64,000 bases of DNA from an uncultured Verrucomicrobiae bacterium (lineage in GTDB: Bacteria > Verrucomicrobiota > Verrucomicrobiia > Chthoniobacterales > Chthoniobacteraceae), in NCBI GenBank assembly GCA_963828525.1, contig CAWHEP010000002.1:320001-384000 (forward strand), written 5' to 3'. Shown in pieces: positions 41,529 to 50,050 of the stretch. Position 1 is the first letter of the stretch, and each line of letters starts with the position of its first letter. The position numbers and the translations under genes are program-made. Below the pieces are notes generated by a model. That model made no database searches. It saw only the letters and a list, made by a program, of their open reading frames with translations, and was not told the DNA's origin.

Positions 41529-41854
41529 CCGTTCCGCAGCCAGATTTGTTCTGATTTCAAATTAGGACACTGCCTGCACAACTCAAAAAGCGGCGCAACC
41601 CGAAGGGCGAGAGCAATTTGGGGCGCCTCGCAGCGCTACTCGCTTCTTGCGGACCGCAGCGCGTATGCGCGCCACTCGCCCCTTGCCATACGCCCAAAAT
41701 TGCTCTTGCGCGGCATGTCGCAGTCCTTCAACAGTCTCCTAAGGGCAACGAGGGCGAGAGCTTTATCGCAGCCGATGGGCCGCTTTGATCAGCTTGAAGA
41801 AGCGTTTGTGGCCGGTGCCGTTGGAGGAGCAACGGAAGTTTTCGCGCCGTCGCA

Positions 41855-42711
41855 TCAGGATTCGTTTGCGTGCTGCCTGATCTGGTCTGCAACCTCTTCG
41901 GCGAATTTCGCGGATTCATCCTCCCGCACGAATTCCTTCTCAGCGGTCATCTTATTCAGGATGTTCTGCGCTTTGCCGAATGCCGCCCGCAACCCGGCCG
42001 TCTGCGGCTCACCGAGAAGGAAATACAGTTTGAACCGCTCTGGGGAGTCTTGAACGCTCGTTATCTGGCCGAGCCAGCGGTGCGCTTTCTCAACGATGCT
42101 GTCTGGATCGATTAAATCGAAGGAAATCGGCTCAATGCAGTGCCATTGCTGGTTCTTCCATGCATGCGCAAATTCGATCTCATCGTCGTTGGACCGTGAA
42201 ACGATGGTCTTCGGCACCAACCTCCCCAGGACGTGTTTGTCCTCCAAGTCCTTCTTGGTACTTGCGCCACACCTCGTCCTCGCTGCGGCCCGTGGCTCGT
42301 TGAGTCTGGTCATAAGCCATCACCATCCGGTTGAAAATCTTCTCCAGCGCCGCCGAAGGATTGTCGGTCAATCCGCTCCCCATCTCTGACCATTGGAGAG
42401 AGCTATCGTCACGCGGCAGAATCGAAACAGCGATCTCCAACACGTTTCTGGCCTTGCCACTCAGGGGCAATTCCACCGCAATCTTGTTGCCAACGCCATC
42501 AAACGCAGATTGGACTGTACCTCATCAGCGACTTGAAGGACTCGCCGTCCATCCCAGGGAACACCTTCCTCAGCCGGCCATAGGTCGTCCGGCACAGCGC
42601 CCCCGCGAATCGAGCCTCAGGCGCGTAAAGAGCCACACCGGTATTCACGAACTCGCCGGTGGCGGTGTCGTGAACGTAACGCAGCACCGTGTAGGTATAG
42701 GCTGTTTTCAT
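41855..42711 (-). CDS. DUF3037 domain protein (two frameshifts)
   Basis: YTYTVLRYVHD..TGEFVNTGV N-terminus; continues through ORFs 42180-42476 and 41855-42313 (FAHAWKN...IEPISFDL). Confidence 0.8.
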
Positions 42712-43493
42712 CGCAGTATGGCTTTTATGGCCTCAAAGGTTGAGAGGATATTCTGCTTCAACGGGACAATGTAATCCAAAATTCGGTCGGCGGCATCTTT
42801 CCCACCGTCCCACTCTGCCGGCACGGAATCGGCGTATCTCCTAATCTCGCTTTTCTCCAAAGCTTCAATTGCGCCAGCCAGGCGGTCGAAACCCACAAGG
42901 GTCTGCCTCAAAGGCTCAAAGAATAGATGCTGGCGGAGGAAGCTTAAGTTACCACCTTCCCAAGGACGTTCCCAGAAAAGGACTCCGGCAAGAAATGAAA
43001 ATCCGAGTTCATGGTCCAGGATGACGAGTTCAGCTCCATTTGTGAGACAGTTCGGATTAATGACCCGCCTATCCGGGTTCTGGATCATCGCGTCGAACGC
43101 GAAAATCTCGGCTGCCGTGGAGCGAAAATGGATCGGCAGAGGCCGAGCAGGCGCGACAACGCTGTATGCAGGAGGCAGCTTCTTCGTGCCAAAATTCCAG
43201 CCGACACTTTTTCGCATGATCTCTGCCATCTCCACACTGGGCACCGTGTCTGCGAACTCCGGTGTGATCTCCAAGAGGCAACTTTCGGGCACCCGTAATC
43301 CGAGTTGATTGGCAAGTTGGCTGGCGAAGATTTCGGAAACCAATCCGCGAACGCCGCTGTCTCCCCCCGCTGTAAGCTTTATGACAAATTCCATTTCCTC
43401 GCCTTCCTCATTCTCGCAATAGACGATGCAAGGTTTGGTGCGGCCGGTGGCTATCAACCTGCCGAAGCGCGAAACTGTCAGGCGTGGGAGCAT
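42708..43493 (-). CDS. HipA-like kinase
   Basis: GRTKP, FVIK, SE; 'FDAMIQNPDRR..NPN...LVILDHELGF' catalytic motifs; ATGA overlap with the DUF3037 gene. Confidence 0.82.
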   Translation of the reverse strand: MLPRLTVSRFGRLIATGRTKPCIVYCENEEGEEMEFVIKLTAGGDSGVRGLVSEIFASQLANQLGLRVPESCLLEITPEFADTVPSVEMAEIMRKSVGWNFGTKKLPPAYSVVAPARPLPIHFRSTAAEIFAFDAMIQNPDRRVINPNCLTNGAELVILDHELGFSFLAGVLFWERPWEGGNLSFLRQHLFFEPLRQTLVGFDRLAGAIEALEKSEIRRYADSVPAEWDGGKDAADRILDYIVPLKQNILSTFEAIKAILR

Positions 43494-44084
43494 CGGTGTT
43501 TTTCTCTTTAATAGCGGTGGAGAATGGGAGCACTAGCGAATTCCCGGATTTATTGGCGTTAATGTCGCAGGCCGCGGCTCCGAAGAGCTATACGTAGTTT
43601 GCCTGCGGGCCACCCACGGTTCGTATTCGAATACGCCCTTCCGCCCCGCGACTTCACAGTACCGGCCAACTTCACTTTTGGCCACGGTATTGACAGCGGG
43701 CTCCTCGCCAGCGGCAGTCTCTGACAAGCGGTTGACAAACGCCTGCCTTTGGGATCGTTTTCTATAGATCTGGAATGGGACTACCCGTTCGACGAAGGGC
43801 TACTGGGACTTCCGGTGGCCCTTCGGTTTTCTGGGGAAGCTTCAATCCGTAATGTTCGGGATCGCCCCTCCCATCTGCGCGTACTGCGGCAGCATCTTTC
43901 TCTGACGATTCGACGCCTCGGCATCTCGTTGGATGCCCAGTGTCATCCTTTTGAGTCTGCGTCCCACTTTCCGTTGGCGATCCTTTGCTCCCTGGCGTCA
44001 AAACTTATGAGTCAACATGCAACAGGAGATGGCATCGATTTTTTCTTGACGTAGACTTGCATGCCTTGGTACGATCGGATCTTC

Positions 44085-44166
44085 GCCATCCGGGAGCAGC
44101 CCGACCCTGCTTATGTCGTAGGTGTTCGTTTAATCTGTAAGCAGGGTCGGGCTGCTCCCGGATGGC
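44085..44166. repeat. Perfect 29-bp inverted repeat (REP doublet-like)
   Basis: GCCATCCGGGAGCAGCCCGACCCTGCTTA (44085-44113) and its reverse complement (44138-44166), 24-nt loop. Confidence 0.85.
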
Positions 44167-44274
44167 AGACCGCTTCCCAAGACGATTTTGCTTCCCCACG
44201 ACCCGTTTACTGGATACAGATTACGAAAACACAGCCAGCTTTGCCTCAGGGCGTGGGTGGTGCTACAATAGATT

Positions 44275-45063
44275 ATGGCAACCAAATCCCGACAGAAGAT
44301 TTCCGCGCAAGTGCCCCAGGGCGGTGCCGAATCAAGGTTATGGGAAAGTCACCCGGGCAAGCGACCATTCCGAATGATACCAGCTCCGAAAGTCGGGAAC
44401 TGGAAGGTGTCATACGGAAGCTGGGAGAACTTCTGCAAGGTGATACATATATCGATTGGCAGGAAGATCGGAAGCGGTGTGCTGCAATTCTCTACGGACT
44501 GGGACGAACTTGCGAGAAAAGCCGAGATCTCGCATCGCGAGGTACGTGGAGCGCACATCGAAGACGGCGGCAGCGAGCACGTCATAATCGAATTTGAAGC
44601 TGAGCCCGACAGGGTTTTCAAAGCCACCTTCGGAGATAACCTGGGGTGCAGAAGCGATCTGTTCAGGTCCGATCCGGAACTAACAGGGCGTCACTTTCAT
44701 CCGACGGGGAACGCTGACCCCTTCTTTTATCTAAGACGCTGGCTATGCCTGAACTCCATAAGCGGCTACAAAACCCGTTACGAGGGGATTATCCCTCTGG
44801 GATATGATGGACACCTGCCTCGGATTTGTGTGAGTCAGCCGGTAATCATCGCCTCCAATCCCACTGAACGCCAAATCGAACAGGCGCTAAAACTCTACGG
44901 CTACCGAAAGATCAGCGGGGATGCATTTCTCAATGACGACAATGGGGTTCTTTTAACGGATGCCGCGCCTCGAAATGTTAGAATTGTTGATGGGGTTCCG
45001 ATCCCGTTTGACGCTATCGCGGAAATTGCGCCGCCCGCTGTGTTGCAGTGGGCAGGTGAATGA
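44275..45063 (+). CDS. Polyvalent-protein-type kinase domain protein
   Basis: GGSEH, RVFKAT, YLRRW...N, EGI, VSQP, 'LTDAAPRNV', 'PFD' pattern. Confidence 0.65.
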   Translation: MATKSRQKISAQVPQGGAESRLWESHPGKRPFRMIPAPKVGNWKVSYGSWENFCKVIHISIGRKIGSGVLQFSTDWDELARKAEISHREVRGAHIEDGGSEHVIIEFEAEPDRVFKATFGDNLGCRSDLFRSDPELTGRHFHPTGNADPFFYLRRWLCLNSISGYKTRYEGIIPLGYDGHLPRICVSQPVIIASNPTERQIEQALKLYGYRKISGDAFLNDDNGVLLTDAAPRNVRIVDGVPIPFDAIAEIAPPAVLQWAGE

Positions 45064-45146
45064 ATGACGATTTCCGAACCGCAGGCGTATTGGCGGTGAA
45101 CATCCGCACCCGCGCGGTGGTCTAAACGTCCGCGCATCTTCCTCCC

Positions 45147-45989
45147 ATGAAACATCCAAGGCATACTCTCCTGACCCTCATTATCCTCCTATCTACCTGC
45201 CGCGCGGGCAGGGCAGAGGGCTTCCTCGACAAGGTGATCGAGAGGCCCGGCGGATTTGACCAGATGTGCTCCATGCCCAGTTTTGAGCCTGACAAGCTCT
45301 CACTGTTCGTCCCTGTCGGGCGTCACGAAACCTTTGTTTCGGACTCCAACATCGCGATCTTGCGCGCTCACCGCGCGGAGGTCATTCCTGACCTCGTCAA
45401 GCAAGTCGCGCAATTTAATTCTCTGGATACAGCACCTAAGTTCAATGAACTCTTCTACAAGGTCATTCCGTCGCTAAACGCCGTTGAAACTCTCCCTGAT
45501 CTTCTCGGCATCGAAGACAAGTTGCGGCAAATAATAACAACGCTGGAGAATGATCCCAAGGCACCCGCGCCGGAGGTGTCCGGCGGTCCAATGATGATAT
45601 TGGACGCGAAATCCCCGCCGGATGTCTCACCGCAAAGAAGGGTTGCATTGGTCATGCTCCGGGTGAGGCAGCGCGAACTTCTCTCCGTAATGCTCCAGAT
45701 CCTGCGCGGACAACATTATACGCCACTTCTCGATTCGCAATTCGAGACGCTCTATGAGGCCGCGATCCGCAAACGCGCCTTGGAGGCAGACTTCAAGGAC
45801 ATGAAGACACCTGAGCAAGCAAAGGACAAAGGCGTGCCCTTCGACCCCATCTGCAAGCTCCCAGTCGCATACATGTATCCGCCACCTTCCGTCCCCTATT
45901 CCGACGCTGTAGCCACGCAGATTCGCGACCTGGCGCGGCAATTCATCAAAGATGTCCCGCCTGCCAAATGGAAGCTCGATGCGGGGTAG
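45147..45989 (+). CDS. Secreted hypothetical protein
   Basis: Signal peptide; 280-aa ORF. Confidence 0.65.
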   Translation: MKHPRHTLLTLIILLSTCRAGRAEGFLDKVIERPGGFDQMCSMPSFEPDKLSLFVPVGRHETFVSDSNIAILRAHRAEVIPDLVKQVAQFNSLDTAPKFNELFYKVIPSLNAVETLPDLLGIEDKLRQIITTLENDPKAPAPEVSGGPMMILDAKSPPDVSPQRRVALVMLRVRQRELLSVMLQILRGQHYTPLLDSQFETLYEAAIRKRALEADFKDMKTPEQAKDKGVPFDPICKLPVAYMYPPPSVPYSDAVATQIRDLARQFIKDVPPAKWKLDAG

Positions 45990-46857
45990 CCGCTTGCTTC
46001 GGTCAGCTCAATCAGCATTGGCCGCCACAATGCTATTGCTTTTTCCGGCCTGCATTCTTGCTTCCCAACCGGAAAAAATTACAGGACGTAACGGCCATTT
46101 CCTCGTCACCATTCCGGCTGGCGCATACCTACTCGGCGGGGAAGGCAACGCCCTTAACCCACCTCACACCGTTTACCTGCGCGCTTTTCGCATCGCGGAT
46201 GCCGACACAACCAACGTCGAATTCCTTGCCTTCGTAACGGCTACTGGGTATGTCACCGACGCCGAGCGGCGCGGATACGGCAAGACCTTCCACCAAGGCA
46301 TGGCCGATTGGGCATGGAACGACACCCCGGGGGCGACATGGCGCCACCCACGGGGCAATGCCGGCCCCAGTGCCTCCGAAATCCCGCGGCACCCTGTAAC
46401 TCAAATCAGCGGCGCTGATGCCGAGGCTTATTGCCGCTGGGTCAGCGGCCGCCTCCCCACATGCGACGAATGGGAAGCTGCCGCTCGCGCCGGAGCGGGC
46501 GCCCTTTACCCATGGGGCGACAAATTCATCCCGGGCCGCGCAAACGTTTGGAACGGTGCCACCCACGCAAAAGAAGACCCTGTGGATGGCTACATCTACA
46601 CCTCGCCTGTCCGGTCCTATCCGCCCAACGCGTGGGGTCTATATGACGTCATCGGCAACGTCTTTCAATACTGCTCCGACCTCCCTCCGGCCTTGCGCGG
46701 TAATGAATCCCGCTTCATCGCCGGTCGCGGCGGCTCCTGGTGGTGCTCCGCCAATACCTGCAACTCGTTCGACCTCGTCACCATTGGCCATATGGACCGC
46801 CATGGCTCTCTCGCAAACCAGGGCTTCCGCGTCGTCTTCGACATCTTACCTCATTGA
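45979..46857 (+). CDS. Formylglycine-generating enzyme (SUMF1/EgtB/PvdO) family protein
   Basis: HPVTQIS..DA.AYC.W..GRLPT..EWE.AARAG, PNAWGLYDVIGNV, RGGSW and GFRVV motifs. Confidence 0.88.
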   Translation: MRGSRLLRSAQSALAATMLLLFPACILASQPEKITGRNGHFLVTIPAGAYLLGGEGNALNPPHTVYLRAFRIADADTTNVEFLAFVTATGYVTDAERRGYGKTFHQGMADWAWNDTPGATWRHPRGNAGPSASEIPRHPVTQISGADAEAYCRWVSGRLPTCDEWEAAARAGAGALYPWGDKFIPGRANVWNGATHAKEDPVDGYIYTSPVRSYPPNAWGLYDVIGNVFQYCSDLPPALRGNESRFIAGRGGSWWCSANTCNSFDLVTIGHMDRHGSLANQGFRVVFDILPH

Positions 46858-46984
46858 GCCGGCGCGTTTGCGCCGGTGGCTGCAAGGCTCTCGGCATTTG
46901 AAGTGCAGCGAAGTCGGGTCTGGGCGGGTTGACGGGTCGACGCGCGATAACAGTCGTTCCCCGTCCTAGGCAGGAATCCAGCCT

Positions 46985-49900
46985 TCAATGCCCATACACT
47001 TCGAATTCAACCAAAGAGTAGCCATAACCAGGATTTGCCCGCTTTGTACCCAACATCCGGATGTAACGACCTTGGCCTTTCAGTCCCACGAGATCATCCA
47101 CCCCGCCCTTGCCTGAGGTTGTCGTATAGATGTCGCCCCAGTTCGTTCCATCGTCTGAAACTTGAATGGCATAGCTGGGGGCATTGGCATTTTCCCAGAC
47201 AAGTTTTACATGCGAGATCGGCGTGCTTTTCTCCAGGTCGATCATAATCCATTGCGGATCGGTTTTTGTGGACAACCAGTGCGTGGTTGGGTTGCCGTCC
47301 ACCACCGCATCGGGTCCATTCGCATGGATATCGCTCGTTGAAGCTTTGACATCCTTGTCTAAAGCCAGATTACCGGATTCATTTATTATCGGAGGCAATT
47401 CCTGGAAGGAACTGTTATAAGATCGGAATTCGACCTTGGGTTCCTCTCCCTGACTCAAGACGGGATCAAATCGAAAGGTGACCTGCCTGGTTTCGCCCGG
47501 CAGGAGAGAGAAAAAGCCGTCGCTGACATGGACAGGGAGGATTTGATCTCCGCTACCGGGCTTCAGTAACATCGGACGGATGGCAAATGCCACCGATTGA
47601 GAATCAGCCGGATTGGTGACGCTGGCCGTGATCACCTGCTCCCCGTCAACCAATGAAGATTGGGACGTGGTTTGAAGATTGACATGCTTCAGCGCGGCCA
47701 GCCCCCTAAAATTGAGGTAGTCCACCCCACGCCAATAGAAGTTTTCCGAAATCAATTTGCCCGCTCCATCGGTCAGGCGTAGTCGGATAAAGTGGGTAGG
47801 TGAGAAGTCGGCCGGGTAGGTGAGAGTGAAACAATCGGCAACGTGGTCCGGAGTGGCAGTAAACGGATCGGACTTCTTGTCGAACTTCTGCGTTCCATCC
47901 AGATTATAGATTTGCGCCTCAGCGGTGAGACCTTCAAGGCTTTTCCCGGTCGTGTTAACCACGCGAATGCGGTCATCGTTCTCATTCCAATAAATATGGA
48001 TGGGCTCGCATGCGCTCTTTGCGCCCCAGAATGCACCCGTCAAATCATAGTAGTAATCGTAAGTCTGCCAGACAAAAGAGGGATAGGCCGACTGGCTCAT
48101 CCAGATGATGATTCCGGCCGAATCTTTATCGCTGTGATCGAGCCAGCCTTCAAACATCGCCTTCATAGTCTCAAAGCTGAGCAATTGCGATTTAAGGCAA
48201 AACTCCTCAATTTCGTGAGCCGGGCCATAGCGGCGTTTGAGGTCGGAAAAATAGCCATCGGGCCCTGCATTCCGGGCGCTCGGCCCGAAGAAATGCTTAT
48301 TCCACATGTCGCCACGGGGCCAGCGGGCATCCTGAGGAATGAACTTCTTGAAACTATCGAAGTTGGTAAATGCCGCTGTGCCAATTTCACTGCGCATCCC
48401 GAAAGGCAGATTGCCTCCAGCCGGAACCCCCGTGCCTTTGAAATACTGTTTGAGATCCAAATTGCGCCAAGGGCCGCTTCCGCTGAGATTAACCGCGTGG
48501 GAATTCTCCTGATAGTACCGGTCATCGCCGTCGTAGGTCTTGACGGCCTCCCGCAATAAATCATTGAGGGGCTGAGGAGGCGTCGCCTCATTTTCCGCGC
48601 ACCATAAGGCGATGCAGGCATGGTTGCGAAACTGTTTGATTTTCTCGACCACATTGGCACCGAAAATGGCCTGATCGGCCGGCAACCCGCCGCTGGAGTT
48701 TAACCAAAACTCGTCCCAGACCATGATGCCGTATTTATCGCAGGCATCATAGAAGGCCTCGTCCGGCGTCATGCCCATCCAGTTGCGGATGATATTGAAA
48801 TTTTCCTCCCGATGAAACCGGACCATCGTGTCGTAGTCCTTGGCCTTGCACCGCAGCAAATACTCCGCCATGCCCCAGCTTCCACCTTTCGGATAAATGG
48901 AAATGCCATTGATATGAAAGTGAAGCGTTTTGTTGTCGGTGTCGTAGCTATATTTCCGGATGCCAAACGTGATGTCCTTCTGATCGGACACTGTGTTCCC
49001 CACCCGAAAGGAGAGATGAATCTTATAGAGATTCGGGTCACCGTAGCCATTGGGCCACCACAATTTGGGATTTGGAATGTGGAGTGCTGGCGCCTCCGTG
49101 GCGTTCAAGTGGACGGTCTTCGTCTCACTCGGTGCCAGCGTTACTGACTGGGTGAAGGTGATATTCCCCGGGTTGATTTCGCCCACTAACTCACCCGTCA
49201 CTCCGGTGGTTGATGTATTTTGGAGGTCAGTCTGAAGCGAAAGGTCCGCGCTGCCCAGGTTGGCCTGTTCCGTGCGAACCCACGGATCAATCAATGAGAC
49301 ATCATTCGTATGACTCAGGTAAACGTCCTTATAGATACCCATATCGAAACCGGGAACCCGGGGCATCCAATCCCAGCCTTTCGTGCAAATGAACGATGGG
49401 CTGCTGAAGTTTTCCGATTTTACGTTCGGCAGCAGAGGAACGTAAGCGAGAAGCGCGAGGGAATTCGTCGTCCCAGCATGAACAAGGCTGGTGACATCAA
49501 ATCGCCCGCGCTGCAAGAAGCCGTGCATCGAACCGACGTTTGAGCCGTTGACATAGATATCCGCGTCGCGATTGACGGCGTCCAAATTCAGCCAAACGTG
49601 GCCTCCACTGAAGTCGGCCGGTACGGTGAAGTTCGTACGATACCAAAAATTACGGTCATACTTCTTGAGATCGACCTTGTAGATATTATCCCCGTAATTG
49701 GGATCTTTCTCCTTCCCGGCCAGAACATACGAACCAAATACCGTTCCCGGAACCTGCGCTGGCAGCCAGCCGGACGGCTTAAAGTCAGGTTTGGAAAGCT
49801 GCTCCCCGCTTTCTTTCACCTCAGCTTGAGGTGCAATTTGCCAGGAACTTCCGTCCAGAGAATGGGCGGTATTTACCTGAGCGTCGGCGGCTTGAAATGA

Positions 49901-50050
49901 CATGCCGCAAAAAAGACAGATTAGGCAACTGATGGAAATGTTCATAACACTGTGCATGACAGTCACCAAGAAAGGGTTGGATATCATTCCATTCTGGAAT
50001 CCTGGTATCCTTGATGGTAAACGGATGGGAAGCAACATTCTTAGGCTCAT
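46985..50050 (-). CDS. GH2 glycoside hydrolase with C-terminal CBM32/discoidin domain
   Basis: GWDWMP, LWWPNGYG, TFGIR, IRNW, CDKYGIMVW, ENE, SEIG; C-terminal VDGN..T.W...QWIMIDL. Confidence 0.9.
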   Translation of the reverse strand: MSLRMLLPIRLPSRIPGFQNGMISNPFLVTVMHSVMNISISCLICLFCGMSFQAADAQVNTAHSLDGSSWQIAPQAEVKESGEQLSKPDFKPSGWLPAQVPGTVFGSYVLAGKEKDPNYGDNIYKVDLKKYDRNFWYRTNFTVPADFSGGHVWLNLDAVNRDADIYVNGSNVGSMHGFLQRGRFDVTSLVHAGTTNSLALLAYVPLLPNVKSENFSSPSFICTKGWDWMPRVPGFDMGIYKDVYLSHTNDVSLIDPWVRTEQANLGSADLSLQTDLQNTSTTGVTGELVGEINPGNITFTQSVTLAPSETKTVHLNATEAPALHIPNPKLWWPNGYGDPNLYKIHLSFRVGNTVSDQKDITFGIRKYSYDTDNKTLHFHINGISIYPKGGSWGMAEYLLRCKAKDYDTMVRFHREENFNIIRNWMGMTPDEAFYDACDKYGIMVWDEFWLNSSGGLPADQAIFGANVVEKIKQFRNHACIALWCAENEATPPQPLNDLLREAVKTYDGDDRYYQENSHAVNLSGSGPWRNLDLKQYFKGTGVPAGGNLPFGMRSEIGTAAFTNFDSFKKFIPQDARWPRGDMWNKHFFGPSARNAGPDGYFSDLKRRYGPAHEIEEFCLKSQLLSFETMKAMFEGWLDHSDKDSAGIIIWMSQSAYPSFVWQTYDYYYDLTGAFWGAKSACEPIHIYWNENDDRIRVVNTTGKSLEGLTAEAQIYNLDGTQKFDKKSDPFTATPDHVADCFTLTYPADFSPTHFIRLRLTDGAGKLISENFYWRGVDYLNFRGLAALKHVNLQTTSQSSLVDGEQVITASVTNPADSQSVAFAIRPMLLKPGSGDQILPVHVSDGFFSLLPGETRQVTFRFDPVLSQGEEPKVEFRSYNSSFQELPPIINESGNLALDKDVKASTSDIHANGPDAVVDGNPTTHWLSTKTDPQWIMIDLEKSTPISHVKLVWENANAPSYAIQVSDDGTNWGDIYTTTSGKGGVDDLVGLKGQGRYIRMLGTKRANPGYGYSLVEFEVYGH

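Larger units (their letters stand above)
39576..41574 (-). mobile_element. Non-autonomous IS1-family element with passenger genes (1,999 bp)
   Basis: TIRs GG(T/C)AGTGTCCTAATTTGAAATC at 39576-39597 and 41553-41574 (21/22 match); 8-bp TSD TGCACAAC at 39568-39575 and 41575-41582; transposase C-terminal remnant inside. Confidence 0.88.
39462..41738. mobile_element. MITE (~270 bp when reconstituted) interrupted by an IS1-family derivative
   Basis: TIRs GAGACTGTTGAAG(A/G)ACTG at 39462-39479 and 41721-41738 (17/18 match); CTAA direct repeats at 39458-39461 and 41739-41742; internal long hairpins. Confidence 0.75.

Noticed and set aside
43940..44000. Minus-strand GGAAAGTGGGACGCA resembling a c-di-GMP-I riboswitch
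   Set aside because: Lacks the GGCAAAC P1 start and the GCAAAG/P2 arrangement; a Rfam covariance search would be needed.
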